Origin: Chiloscyllium plagiosum
Lineage: Eukaryota
Reading direction: 5' to 3'
Assembly: GCF_004010195.1 (NCBI RefSeq)
Contig: NC_057753.1
Span: forward strand, 7,498,130-7,562,129
Length of the DNA stretch: 64,000 bases
Under the pieces are notes generated by a model. It made no database searches. It was not told the DNA's origin and worked only from the letters and a program-made list of their open reading frames with translations. Both the position numbers and the translations under genes were made by a program. Positions 24,580 to 37,673 of the stretch are shown here, one piece after another. How positions within the stretch are numbered: the stretch's first letter is position 1; each line of letters opens with the position of its first letter.

Positions 24580-27500
24580 CCCCACTCTCTCCCACTCCCG
24601 TCATTCTTATAAATTACCATGAAGTCAATCCCAATTTGTTCAGTCTCTTCACAAACGCTAATTCCGTGAAGTTCTGAAATTATCTAGTGAATCTCCTCTG
24701 CACCCCATCTAATGCCAAAACATCATTTCTCAAGTACGAAGACAAAAACTGCTTGCAGGTCTTCAGATGTGGCCTCACCAGTTGTAATACAACCTCCCTG
24801 CTTTCAATCTCCATCTTTTTTAGCGATGAAGCACGACATTCTATTTGCCTTCTTAATTAACTATGTACATACCAAACATCTGCGATTTATGCAAAAGGAT
24901 ATCCAGGTCGTTCTGCACAACAGTATGCTACAATTTTTTAACCGTTCACATTATCGTCTTTCTTTACTGTTACTTCGACCAAAACAGACGATTCACATTT
25001 ATCAACATTGTACTCAATTTCCAAACGTTTGCCCACTCATGGAAAGTATGTATTTACCTTTGCAAACTTTCAGACACCTCTGCGCACTTTGCTGTACCAC
25101 TCATCTTAGCATCATCTGCAAATTTCGACACACTAAAAGTGGTTCCCAACTCCAAGTCATCTATGTTAATTGTAAACAATTGTGGTCTCAACACGAATTC
25201 CTGAGGTACGTTACAAGTCACTGATCGTCATATAGCCATTCATTTGAACCCACTTTTTGCTTTCAATTAGCTAACCAATCCTGGTTCTATGCTAATACAT
25301 TTGCCTGTAACGATGTGCACCATTATCTTACGCAGTAGCCTTTTCTAACCCATCTTGTATAATGCCTTTTGGAAATCTAGATACACCATAGCTACTGGGC
25401 CCCCGTTATCCGTCACGCCCATGATGTCTCAATAGAATTATAACAAATTAATGAAACATGACCTGCCTTTCATGAACACATGCTGCGTCTGCCTCATGAG
25501 ATAAGTTTTGTCTAGATATCTTGCTATTTCTTCCTTGATTTTAGATTCTTCCATTTTCCCCACTACAGAAGTTAAACTACCCGGCCTACAATTCTGTCTT
25601 TTCTCTACCTCCTTTTTGAGTCAGTGGTGTTCTATTTACTGTTTTCCAATCTCTGGAACTGCCCCAGATTCCAGCAAATTCTGGAAACTTATCACGAACA
25701 CAATTGCTATTTAACCCGCTCTCTCTTTTAATAGACTGCGATGCTTACCATCAGGGCCAGGAGATGTGTTACCCCAAAGCGGTATTAGCTTTGCCAACGC
25801 TACCTCTTTCAGAGTAATGATTGTTTTTAGGTCATCATCCACTTTAGTGTCCTTGTCAATTATTTGGATTGCATTCGTGAACACCACTGTGGAGACCCAC
25901 AGAAAATATCTTTGCAATGTATCGTCTATTTCCTCATTTTTCATTATTAATTGCCCTTCTCATCCTCTAACGTCCAAATTCTTACTTTAGACGCTTTATT
26001 TTTTTGTTTTATGCATTAGTCTGTCTTTATATCCTGACCTACTTTACACTCATAATTAAGTTACGTTTTCTTCATAGCTTCTTTTTTGTGGCTTCCTATT
26101 TGCTTTTAAAGTTTTCCTAATCTTCCAGCTTCCTTTTGGTATTTGCCAATTTGTATTCTTTCAACTTGATAGTCTCCCTTATGTCCTGAGAGAATCTTGA
26201 CTAATTAGTCATTTTCCTACTGTCCTTTCTTTTCACTGGTATATGCTCTTGCTGAACACTTTGAAAAATTACTTTGAAAGTACTTCACTGTTACTCAACT
26301 GTCCAACCATAAAATCTTTGTTTGCAATCAACGTTAACCAAATCCTCCCTCACCTTATTGTATTCTCCCTTTCTTTAAGTACAGGATCCTGGTATCTTTT
26401 CACTTTCCATCTTTGTTCTAAATTCGGTCATACTGTGATCGCTCATTCCAAGACAATCCTTAAGTATGACATCATTTATTATTCCTGTCTCATTACATTG
26501 GGCCGGATCTAGGATAGTTTGCTCCCTTATCGTTTCCATTAACTACAGTGCTGAAAAAGAAACGATAACAGAAACTTTTATAGAGCTGCTCCTCAAAGTT
26601 GCCCACTTGACCTGGTTCGATCAATCCACATTTGGATTAAATCCCCATTAATGATTGCCACATTTACAGGCATTAGCTATTACTTTATTTTTTGCCACCT
26701 CAGAGTGCCATTATTGTGTAGTATCCAAAGGTTAACGATTATATTTGAATTTTTCTTCTCAGAAATTGTAAATTCCACCCGTTTGGATTCAAATTGTTTC
26801 TTTTTCTCCATAGAACCTATAACTTTTCACAACACCGTCCTGATGTCAACCTTCAACATTAGAGCTACACAACCTCCCTTACCTTCTTGTCCATCCTTTC
26901 TAACACTCTGATACCCATCGATATTTACTTCCCAGTTGTGACCATCCTGCAACCATGTCTCCGTACTGGCCACTAAATCATACTCATTGGCGATGATTTG
27001 TGCTGTTGACTTATCTACATTGTTGCAAATGGTGCAAACATTGAGGGAAAGTACCTTTAGTCTAGTTTTATTGCTTCGTTTTAGATTCAAACACACCAAT
27101 CAATAATACCTCCCGCGTTTGCTTTCTTTTTAAATTCTTTCATCGTTTTCAATTTAAATAACCCCTTCAGCACACTTGTCAAATTGTTGCTTTCTTTCCT
27201 ATTTGCCATTAAACTTGCTGCCGTTTTCTCCTTACCGACTCCGTCCCCCAGTCGTTATTTTAAAGTCCCAGTGACCACCCTATTTCTCCTTTCCGCGAGA
27301 CAATTGGTTCCAGATCGGCTCCAGTGGAGACAATCCCAATAGTAGTGATCCTTCCTGTTCCAGAAGATAGGCATCAGGCCATGCCCCATGAAGTGGAAGC
27401 TCGTTTCCCACACCATTCCTATAGCCACGTGTTTACTTCCCCAATTTTCTTATCCCTAAACCAATTTGCACGTGTCTCGGGGAGTAATCTGGATATTATA

Positions 27501-28400
27501 ACCCTTAAGGGACTATTGTTTTTTGTCATTATTAATCGCCAATCAAGTCCTCCTTCCTAGCCTTGTCTATGTTGTTTGCCTCAAAGTCGACACAACAACT
27601 GGATCTTCCCCCTCCCACTCCTTAATCTTTTCAAGCCTATCAGAGATCTCCCTCACCCTGGCAACAGGCAGGCGACACACCATGTAGGACTCTCCATCCT
27701 GCTTACAAAGGATGCTAATAATCCCCATAAGTTTAGAATCCTCTACAACTGCCATAGAACTTTTACATCCACGCGTTTGAATGGTGTGCTACATCACGGA
27801 GCAATGGCCAGCTGGCTTATTCTTACTACAGCCCTTTTTCTCATCCTTGCAGGAAGCAAGTATCTCGACAAATACCTGTTCGACAAGACAAGAGCCGTGT
27901 GTCTCATGCCCTTGAATTCAGAAATCTCCTAATTGCCTCATTTGCAGTCGCACCTTGCTGTCCCTAATCATTGTCTGTAGTTTAGGTACTTTATCTCCCA
28001 AATGTGATCATCTTTGGAATACAAGCGTCTAGGTACTTCGTCACAACCCCCTCAATTGGACGAGCCGCAGTGTTTCAAGCCCAGATTCCAGCTCATCAAA
28101 TCTGAGCCGAATTTCCTCAGGCAACTGGCACTTTCTGCAATTCTTGTCATTCCAGGTCGAATGGGAACTGCCAACTCCCACATTGTACTGCCAGAATCCA
28201 CCACCTGCCCAACCATCTCCATTTAGTTAACAACTTTATTTATTTATATAACTTTATTCATAAATTTATGTACTTATTAATATTTCTATCCTGCGTTTCA
28301 AATTTAGTGTAGATTTTCTACGAACCAATCAGGTCTAAGATTCCCTGTGAAGTCACTCCAGTTTTATTCGCATCTGCAATGTGCCCCAAGCTCAGTAAGT
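24580..28400 (-). mobile_element. Near-full-length decayed CR1 LINE (ORF1 zinc finger plus SGNH esterase, ORF2 APE-RT)
   Basis: ORF1-like VVEDSK..MVCRLPVARVREISDRLEKI.EWEGEDPVVV (27567-27755); APE LSLNV..DLVASTETWL..KGGCVAL (26827-27099); SPGPDGKH (25711-25944); RT region 24900-25500. Confidence 0.9.
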
Positions 28401-28694
28401 TTTAAAATCACTGTCTGTTGCTTTTCCACCCTCCCACTGCTCCCTGCAGACAAGGCCGTAATCCCCAAGCTGATTTAGCTTTATGCTTATTTTGTGCTGC
28501 TGCAACTGCTCCCTGCGGATTAAGTTCCATTTTTGGGGTCAGTTCAATACCACCTACTGCTCCAATGCTTGCCATTTCTCACGCAAAGCTTTGTTAAGGT
28601 AACTTCTACTGCAGTTGCCCAAGGATAAATGTGACACAACACAACCCATCAAGAAGACAAGACTAAACTTCCATTGCGTTCGCAGCGACCCTAA

Positions 28695-28765
28695 CTTTCT
28701 GTGGTGTAATAGTTACAGGGCAGAAGTTAACACTGGGCTGAAAGAGTGCTGGTGCTGTATTATCG
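28695..28765 (+). pseudogene. Possible decayed tRNA-Val(AAC) relic
   Basis: tttctgtggtgtaatagtta vs TTTCCGTAGTGTAGTGGTTA (16/20), then taacac and gaaag in the expected order. Confidence 0.4.
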
Positions 28766-29689
28766 AGTGTTTCCCCCTACGTCTTGATAAAACTGAACGG
28801 AGATCAACTATTTTGCTGGTGTACTCGTTCACAACATCTTGCATTCATATAATTTTTAATATTAGCTATTGTGAGGCCCGCACACCAAGATAATTCCAAT
28901 GAATTACAATCGAAAAGTCGATTGATTTTCTCTCTTTTCTCATTCTGATTATATTTAAAAAAACAATGCAAAGGCCATCATCATAATTAAGGCATGGCTC
29001 TGCTAAATCATTCTCCTTTATATATTTAAGTAGCAATTGTCCATGTTAGCGCAAATGCTCACCTCAGGATTCCAGCTTTGCTTTTGCTGAAGGTTTGAAG
29101 GACCTTATTCTTATCAATTTGTCTCACCAGAGAGCATGAACATGTCTGTCCTTCAATAAAATGCATAGGAAAAACTGGAACCACCTCCTGAACGTCGTCT
29201 GAACGTAGGGTTAGTTGTATTCATGAAGAGAAACTAGAATTTCCCTCGTTCCCTAAATTTCTTCTTTCATTAATCTCTAAGGAATTACGAAAGGAGAGAA
29301 TTGGCACCAAATGATAAGAGACAAAAGCACAAGATTACCTCGTTAAATACGTTTAAATGTACATCATTTTCACACATTGATTGGACCCAGATATAGTTTG
29401 ACTTCCATGTTCAAAATAAACTCTTTCTGTTCCAATGGTGGCTATCCTGGAGAAGAGACTGGTGCTCCGCTTTCTCGAGAGTAATCTGAGTGGGATTATG
29501 ACTGGAAAAATTCAGTTTAGTTGGGTCTTTCTTTTTGTTCAATTCTGCTTTTGTTACTGAAACGCTTTCGAGAAAGCAGCAGCAGAGAAAGGCTGTAGTC
29601 TGCTCAGAGACGCTGGTTGGTGTCATCCCACACTCCTCGTACTGTGTAACAGTGAAACTACGTTTAGTCTTTACTGCGCCTGAAAACAC

Positions 29690-29760
29690 GGCCGACTAGT
29701 CATTTTGTTTTCTTATGCTGCACGTGAAAGGTTGATGGTTTCTGGACTTAATGGATACCT
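29690..29760 (+). pseudogene. Possible decayed tRNA-Val relic (3' half)
   Basis: cacgtgaaaggt..ggtt..ggatac vs CACGCGAAAGGT..GGTT..GGAAAC. Confidence 0.25.
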
Positions 29761-30035
29761 CAGGCGCTGATACAGTTTTGGGGGCATTTTCCGTCTTCTC
29801 CGAAAATTGGCGAGTATTTAAGTGAGACCTGGGATTGGGCGAAGTAAAAAAAATTTTGTACCTCCACAATCCACGAAACCGGGGGTCAGCTGTTTGTTGC
29901 AAGGTATTTTTGTTTTACAATGCTGACAAAACTCCAGGTCAAAAATCGACATATTTGAACAAAGAAAATTAAAGCAATGAACGGCCATGAAGTTAAAATC
30001 TGTAAGAAGCTCAGTGGGACGAGGCATTATCGCCC

Positions 30036-30109
30036 GTTTCAATCGTTGAGTGGTTATCACGTTCGCTCAAAAATGTGTAAATTCTTTGGATGGAAACCTC
30101 GCAAAAGTA
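30036..30109 (+). pseudogene. tRNA-Val pseudogene
   Basis: Starts gtttc; exact 18-mer AGTGGTTATCACGTTCGC (30049-30066) of vertebrate tRNA-Val; gaaacc at the T arm; anticodon arm and B box mutated. Confidence 0.7.
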
Positions 30110-30883
30110 TGGCCGTGCTCTTTATCTGGCCGAACGGTGCTGTGGCCGTTAGTTGACGGAATAAACTGAAGTTCTTGTCAACAGGTCTTGAACTGAACCT
30201 ACTCGCCAATCTCATTTATTATCTATCTTCCATCGTGGACCACACAGACTTCGCAGTCAGATTGCAGCCATGTGAGGCTTGCTCTTGCCCAAGCATGGAA
30301 AGCTGTGCAGAAAAGCATATGGTTAAGAAGAAAGGCAAGGAACCTCAAAGGTATTGAGGTGAGGTGGCTGGCACTTGCAATACAGTTAGAACAATCCTGT
30401 AATGTGAAATGTTGGTGTCGGATTCTAATGCTTGCACTTCTTTTCATGCACATGGTTTTTTTACTAGTTTATGAACAAAAAAGGAGCAGTAATTTACAGT
30501 GTTACATGGTTATCATCTTGTGCACGGCCTAGTCACTGTAGTCTGGCACTAATTATATTTCATCAATATGTGATTGCAGTTCTGTTTTGAACAATAGACG
30601 GAATCATTATCCATAGTGCAAATCTGAATTCAAGAAAAGTTTTGCATGGCATGTTTTCTTTTTTGAAGCTGAAGCGAATGTACATTAGGTAGACCATATT
30701 AAAAAAACCAAAAGAGTCTTAGTTTGGGTGAGAGGAGAGCTATTAATAAGGGCCTGAGTGGCATGTTTTCCATGCAGTCACTGGTGCCTGTATGGAAAGA
30801 GCTGGAATAGTAGAAGCCGACACACTTACAGTATTCTCAATAACACATCAGATAAGTGCATGAATAGTAAGGGATTACAGGTT

Positions 30884-31532
30884 TGTAATATTTGGTAGAG
30901 AAGCTAGTGTAACTAGGTTGCCTGGAGACAAAAACAAATTGAAATTTGGCGAACCAGTTTAAACGATACTCTAAATAACAATCTCCAATCAAGTTTGAAT
31001 TTGATATTTTGACAATATTAAGACCAATCAGACGATATAATACGGGGAGAAATTGAACACTTGGAGATAACCTATCAAAAGATCAACAAATGTGGGCTGC
31101 TGGTTAGAATTCTTTGAGAGGTAACTGTCCAGACAAAGAGTTTGCACAGAAAAAAAAGAACCCACATCGACCTGGAGAGCAAATCTACAGAGCAAGATAC
31201 AAAAAGAAGATTCGACAGCTGAATGGTTTTAAAATTTGAATTTATTGGTAAATTTTAATCGGAGGTTATATCGGACTAATACTGCAGAAGGGTAAGGTAA
31301 AATATAGGTTGAAGCAAGGAGTTGTAAATCGTTGTTAATTAATTCTTTTCTGTTAGACTTTAAAAATAAAGTTGTTACTTTTTATTTGAAATCGTGACTT
31401 TTGAGAATAGTTCCTTGCCTCTCGAATTTTCACTGATTACTGCATGGGATAATTATTTTCTGTAGCTGGTTTAAGTTAGCTGTGATTGTGGTGGTGGGAG
31501 ATAGGGGTTGGGTTGTTACCTGTATCATAACA
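30884..31532 (+). mobile_element. Probable solo LTR
   Basis: TGTAAT...ATAACA termini, internal aataaa; it interrupts a CR1 3' fragment (30720-30883). Confidence 0.55.
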
Positions 31533-31931
31533 TAGGACTTGTGATTTGGGTACTGATTTAGGAGTACTTAGACGAGACTATAATCTGATGTTTAAGCAAG
31601 GTGACTCCCACTTATGTAGGTGCAATTGATCTGTGAGTGTCTGGTTTGCTTTAGCAGAGCAGCTAAGGATCGGGCCACAGAATTCAGAGGTTGTTGCTGC
31701 AATTTTTTTGAGTTGTGCATCCTGGGGTTTTGAGCTCGCAGTTCCCCCCTCGCCTATAGTTAATGGCGAGTAGGAAATTAATAATTTGATTTCATGTCAC
31801 ATTAAAGATAAATTCTTCAGGCAGCACACATTTGTCACAGCTGAGATTGGTGGAGTTAAACTGTCTGAAAATGGCTTTTAGTTTTGGAACGCAAAGACTT
31901 TGTGTGCTTCTCGCACTAATTGAAAATCTTG

Positions 31932-31959
31932 GAGAGAGAGAGAGAGAGAAAGAGAGAGA
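31932..31959. repeat. (GA)n microsatellite
   Basis: Direct reading. Confidence 0.9.
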
Positions 31960-34419
31960 CCAGTATGTATTTGTTGCGGTATCCCTGAACTACGTTGTCA
32001 CTCTTTATGGGCTGGATTACATGCTTCTTCGTTTGTTGGTTTGTCATCGTGTGTATTTGATATACTGTCTCTCCTGGAGCTCGGCGTTTGGGAATATCAT
32101 GAGTTTAGTTTATATTTTGGTTCTGTATGATGGTTTGAAAGAATGATAAGCGCCTGTATCAGTTTGGAACGTGTATGATTAACTGGATGTCCGTTTAAGG
32201 AATTATCAGCTTTATGTAAAGCAAAATTCTGCAACGAATTTTTGATTTTAAAATTTGGTCCTGCAATCTACGTGAAAATGTACCTTTTGCCATTATCTTG
32301 AATTGTTTAAAGTTAGTTGAAAAAGTAAAGTTAAATAAGAAATCTAACATATCAGCTTTTTCCGCAAATTAATGTACCAGCTGTGCTGTGTTCGGATTGT
32401 GCAACAAGGCCTGGTTACATATTAATTTAAGAAACTTTAAGTTTAAATTATCATGCTTCGAGTTCCATTTTATGATCAGAGTGAAATTCCAAATACACTT
32501 TTAACAGGTGAGTGAATCTTTAATTTCAAATCACAAGATTTGCTCATCATAAATACAAGTTGTTGTGAAAATATCCAAGTGAAGAGAAATATGTTCTAAA
32601 ATCTGCGCATACTGATAGCAAGGAGTCAAAAAAGGCAGCAATCTCTAACAAGGGAGATAAGTTTTTCGTCAATTAATCATGAGCCATTATTTGTGCAATG
32701 GAGTAAGTCAAGCTGTTGACGTAATTATGCCCAGCATCTTTCACCCCGTATATTTAAACCAGCAGAAAACCAATAGTAAATAACTCTTGTAGTGGAATGG
32801 ATGAATGCTGACTTGTTTTCCAGTCAACTACTGAAACTGAAAGCTTTCACTAACGGCTACAAACCTCTGAATCTGATCACAGATTTTCAACATCATAACA
32901 CAGTTTTGAATGAGGCATCCACAACCCATCATTAACACCTTTCAGCATTAGAGAACTACCGTGAAAGCAATAAATGTATTGGACATCAGGAATTTAGAAA
33001 CCTCTAAGCCTGTTTACACATAACCAGATTGGAATAAGCATTCTAAAATGTTTAAAGGGAATATTCACCTGATCATTTAAAATTATCCTGGGAAAGGATA
33101 AAATGTATGCACACAATCATAGCGGTTTCAGTGCATAGGAAAGTTTTAGTGACTTTAAGGGGAGTAAACTGAATCGTGAATTTGAATGAATTGACGTAGC
33201 GATATGTCAAATATCTACAATGAATTAACAAGTAAGTTGTTTTAATGAGAGTCATCTTAGAGAATTAACTAAATGTGTTGTCGCTCAATGAAACAGAAAT
33301 GTATTTTAAAATATTATTAAACTTTTTCCATGCAAGACCAATGTCTTGAGAACTCTGAAATTATACAGAGGTAATACTTAAATTACAAAATTGGATGAGA
33401 TGCTGTGATTAATTGTGGAGAGTACCAACAGAAAAGAACATATTAGCATAATATGCGAAAACTGTAATTGAATTTAACGTTTATTTTATTGAAAAAGAAT
33501 TTTAGGTGAGTATACTGACCTGATAGGTTTCTCTTGGTGTCGTTTTCTTTTCTTTTAAAAGTGAATTTTTCCTCAGTGGTCACAAAAATGAGGGAACCCA
33601 CTGAAGAACTGGTTTCAGACATTTGCAGCTACTTTACAAAGGGACTAGTGTAGTTTGGAAGAACACAACAGCATAGTTTAAACGCCAAAACGCAGACACA
33701 AAACCCATTGAGAAATTGACTTTAAAACAACAGAAGTGATATTAGGCAATGGTAGAGAATAATCAGAATAAATCTGTGATGAGCTGTTATGTCAAATGTT
33801 ATGAAATAAAAGAATCCAAACTCTGAGAGATGTAATAGTGGACTGAGTGAATGGACTTATTGGATATCAGACAGTTACCCAAGTTTGAGCAGATGCATGA
33901 TGCATGTACCTCAGTGTTATAACCAGTGGGTGAAATTGTAATACTTCCAGACAATTACTGTACGTGAAAGAACGCCGAGTTAATATTCGGTTGGTGAGGG
34001 AGTCTGTTATAATGGAACCCTAGGGAACATAAAAGGCGAGAAGCAAACCTTGACTATAAAACCTGATGCACACACTGCACTATCTTACCGATGTACTGTT
34101 TAACACCGCGGACTTTTGAAGATCAAGAGTGGGTATTTGCATTTGGAAGCAGTTGCCACTGAACGATATAATCATCCAGAGAATTGAAAAAGCGTCCTTG
34201 AGTTCGACAGTGATGAAGGGAACTGGGAAAATGTTGTTTCCATTGGTGATGGTATCTGAATGCTATTGAGGGAAGCGATCTGTGCATAGAGAACTGAAAA
34301 AGCAAATATCATAAATGGAAACCTTTAATGTCCAGCGTTTACAGAACTTGAACAGAGTGAATTTTAGATCAAATTATGCAAGTAAATATATTGAAAGAAG
34401 CTAGATATAGGTAAATAGA

Positions 34420-35745
34420 GCAGACCATTATACTGAAAGAATGAAGGGAAAATTGACAGAGGAAAATATATGAGATAAGGGTAAGAAATTGTTCATAACC
34501 TATAGTGGGTGAACTTTACCAATGCCATGTGTTGTATGGACAAGTGAGGTTCTGAACTCGTCACCCTGATTGGATAAGTTGGAAGCGAAAAGTAAATATG
34601 ATTAAGAACAGAATCAGACGACCACAGCGCTAAATGGTCGTTTGTGCTTCTCCAGTTCTATAAACATTCCAAGGAAGAGAAAAAAAAAGTAGAAAACACG
34701 GCAGGACTAATGATGACAAAAGGAAATGAGCGATAATCTGTGGGAGAAACCATTAGTGGCAAATGGAGTGTCTTCGATACCGTCTTCTGAGTTATTTGTG
34801 AATGGATCATGGAATGTCAACAGGAAACAGCCTGCACTGCATGTCTGGTGGTAGGTGTAGTTATAACATAATAGCAGAAAAGCAGATTCCTGACAAATAT
34901 TCAGCCCAAGTAGAAAAAGCAAGTAAAAACAAGATGTTCGTCAAAAGTATAGTAATTAATTTAATTAGAACACCACTAACTGGAAACTTTCACATAGTAA
35001 TAGTAGGAATAGTTAAAAAGGGGTAGGTGAAGAACCTCAAGTTAACACTGGATTGATAGGCAAACGTGAAATATGAGGAAATGAAGACTTCCTCCAATGA
35101 GGATGACTGCTAGCATTATCGTTTTATGCGTGTTTTCCACTTGTTTCGATGACACCGCATGTTCTTCCCTCTCCTGCAACCTAAAGAGCATTCCAGACAA
35201 AGGTTCAGTTAATTGAATAATACCGTTAAACAAAGAAGAGATATTGTATGATAATGTAAAACGTAAGATTGTATCCATTCTGATCAACATTTCAGGCATT
35301 CAGCTACCAGAATGTTGCGCAGATTGGTTGAATAAAATGTGTGGGATGTTGACTAATATAATAATACGCCAATCTACTGATGCAATGGGAGCCACTACAT
35401 TCAGGGAATACTACACTTTCATGACGTGCACGAGGGAGGTTTTCAATGATATTTCGACAGAGGTTAATAACAAGTCTTCTGTAATAAAGTTAACAGACAT
35501 TCATGCTACGAATGCGCATATACAACTGTTGAGGCAAATTATGACAACAATAGTGCGGTCTACGAACGCTCAGTTGGAAGGGGAGGTCCCGGTAAATAAA
35601 AAAAAGCGAAGATCCAGCTGGGTGGGCCAGACACAATAGGGACACATGCTAAGACAATCATGCACTTAATAGATAGATAGCAACAGAAATCGCACACATG
35701 GCATTACTGCAGAAAACTATCCCTGGCACACTTTAGAAATTAACC
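34420..35745 (+). mobile_element. Endogenous retrovirus-like relic: pol connection/RNase H fragments and env-like ORF
   Basis: SAKWSFVLLQ (connection), DNLWEKPL..ELFVNGS and QIPDKYSAQ (retroviral RNase H); frame 35097-35639 has a signal peptide, Cys residues, NxS sequons and KKKRR, with one internal stop. Confidence 0.55.
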
Positions 35746-36762
35746 ACCTTCCAGTCAGGTTCTGTTTGCCTCTCTCAATCTATATTGAAATGAAAATGGT
35801 TCAGTACCTCCATTCTAGCTTTGGTACGCAAGTGCCCAATTTCGTCATTGACATAATGTAGCAACTCAAAGTGTCTGTACACAATAGCAACTACAGTTTG
35901 AGACTTTTCACATTTCATAGGCATTATCCATATGCTTCCCATTAATTGCTTTTCCCTCCATATGCTCTCGCTCACCACTGAAATACTTTTTGTCAGCTCA
36001 GGAAGGCTGCTCAACCTCCTCTGCCAGTTCTACTGTCTGTTCTGTGAAGCTTAAAACTTGATATATTTATTTGATAGTCATCACCTTTTTGCAGCCATCT
36101 CTCAGTAATGGTAAATGTATTATCATCTACTCTTTGTCCATTCATTTCATCTCATTAATTCATTATGTTTTGTGCATTGTGATAGAGGACTATTATTCGG
36201 GTCAGGCACTCTACCCAACCAAAATTATTGAAGGTTTGTGCAGCTATCTATTATTTATCCCTTCTGGTTAGGCATTGTCCTTCATAAAGTTGTTTTTTTC
36301 TTATTTGTCTCCGTTATTTGGCGTACCTTGGGAAGGATGTCTGACTGTTTCTTTGCTCTTTTTTCTGTTAATTGACTTTGAAACTCTATTCACTTCCACC
36401 AAGTGCTGAGCGCCAAGTTCAGCTCGAATCCCAGAGGAAACACACACTGAACTTTCAATTTATGTTAATGTATCTCTCGCTGGTTCTCTTTTCTAGATAA
36501 AGGAATAAAAATTCTGATCGTTATATATCAAACGTAGGACAGTTTCTTTTCGTTTCGATTGAATTCTTTAGCTCTTGTTTCGGAAAGAGACCAGACACTA
36601 AACAATAATGCTTTCGGCACTGGTGAGAAATTATCAGAACTTGGACTATTTCTTTATGGACATTAGATTCACATTGTTACATGGCTACAGACCATAGAAT
36701 TTATTTATGAAATATATAAGAAGCGATTATGACAGATTTCAATATTGTTTATTTATTTAGAC

Positions 36763-37673
36763 TTATGTTTTTGATTTGAATACAGTTGTGAGTGAAATGA
36801 ATGGCTTTTGCACCATATTAATTAATTGCATTCTGAATTTTTTTTGAGTAATGGCATAAATAAAAGTGTTGGTGCAACAGCTCAAAAGCTGAAGCATATT
36901 TGCACTTTCTCGGAAAATAAATTTGGGATCACTGGCACCATTCAAGTCATAGTCATTTGTTATTTGTTCTAAGAGGAACTGTATAAAGTATGCCATCCAT
37001 AACAGGATAAAACTGCCTGATATAGAAAATATTAAAATTATGGACTTCTTCCGGCTCTCCAACTCTGGGTCATCCCGATTATATTCTGATTTCCGACCCA
37101 CAACTCTCCTTCGGGCTCTATTGGCCACCAAAATATGATGGACGGTCAAAGCATTGAATAGAATAATAAGAAAGAATGGAAGACATGGGGTTAAAATACG
37201 ATCTATCCAGTCGAAGACTCGCCACGTAACTGAAGTATAACGGATATCTTTTATCCTGCAGTACCACGGGATATTTTTAACTTTGTAAATAGGTTCATGT
37301 ATAAAATACCAAGGAATATTGATTAAACAGCCCAGAGTGCAAACCAATCCTATGACCAATGTTGCCGATTTCTCAGTGCAGTATGTTGTTTTCAGTTTCT
37401 GGTAACAAATAGCTATGAAACGGTCAAAGGTGAAAGCAACTGTTAACCAAACAGAGCAGTCTCTTGATGCATAAATTGATGCAGTGCTAATACTGCACAC
37501 TGGAGTAATGAACAGGAAACTACCCGGAATAAAAGTAGCAGGAATCCGATTTAACATCACAGCTGTGATAATAACCAAGAGATCTGTTACCGCCATTGAT
37601 ACAAGGTATCGAGTTATGCATTTTGAAAGACCACACCTTCCTTGCGACAGGATAACAATAGCCACCAGATTTA
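36763..37673 (-). CDS. GPR139-like class A orphan GPCR (gene B), exon 2 (TM1 end to C-terminus); full CDS join(41145..41076,37673..36763), 326 aa
   Basis: Open frame with 7 hydrophobic segments: NLVAIVILSQ (TM1), MAVTDLLV (TM2), TM3 Cys plus WLTVAFTFDRFIAIC, ECL2 PWYC, TM7 CTNTFIY, helix 8 KKFR. Acceptor cttttcttccttccaccttacAG at 37675-37674; phase 1 joins exon 1 as G|TA = Val. Confidence 0.95.

Noticed and set aside
24712..25224. 170-aa plus-strand ORF
   Set aside because: Antisense to CR1 reverse transcriptase.
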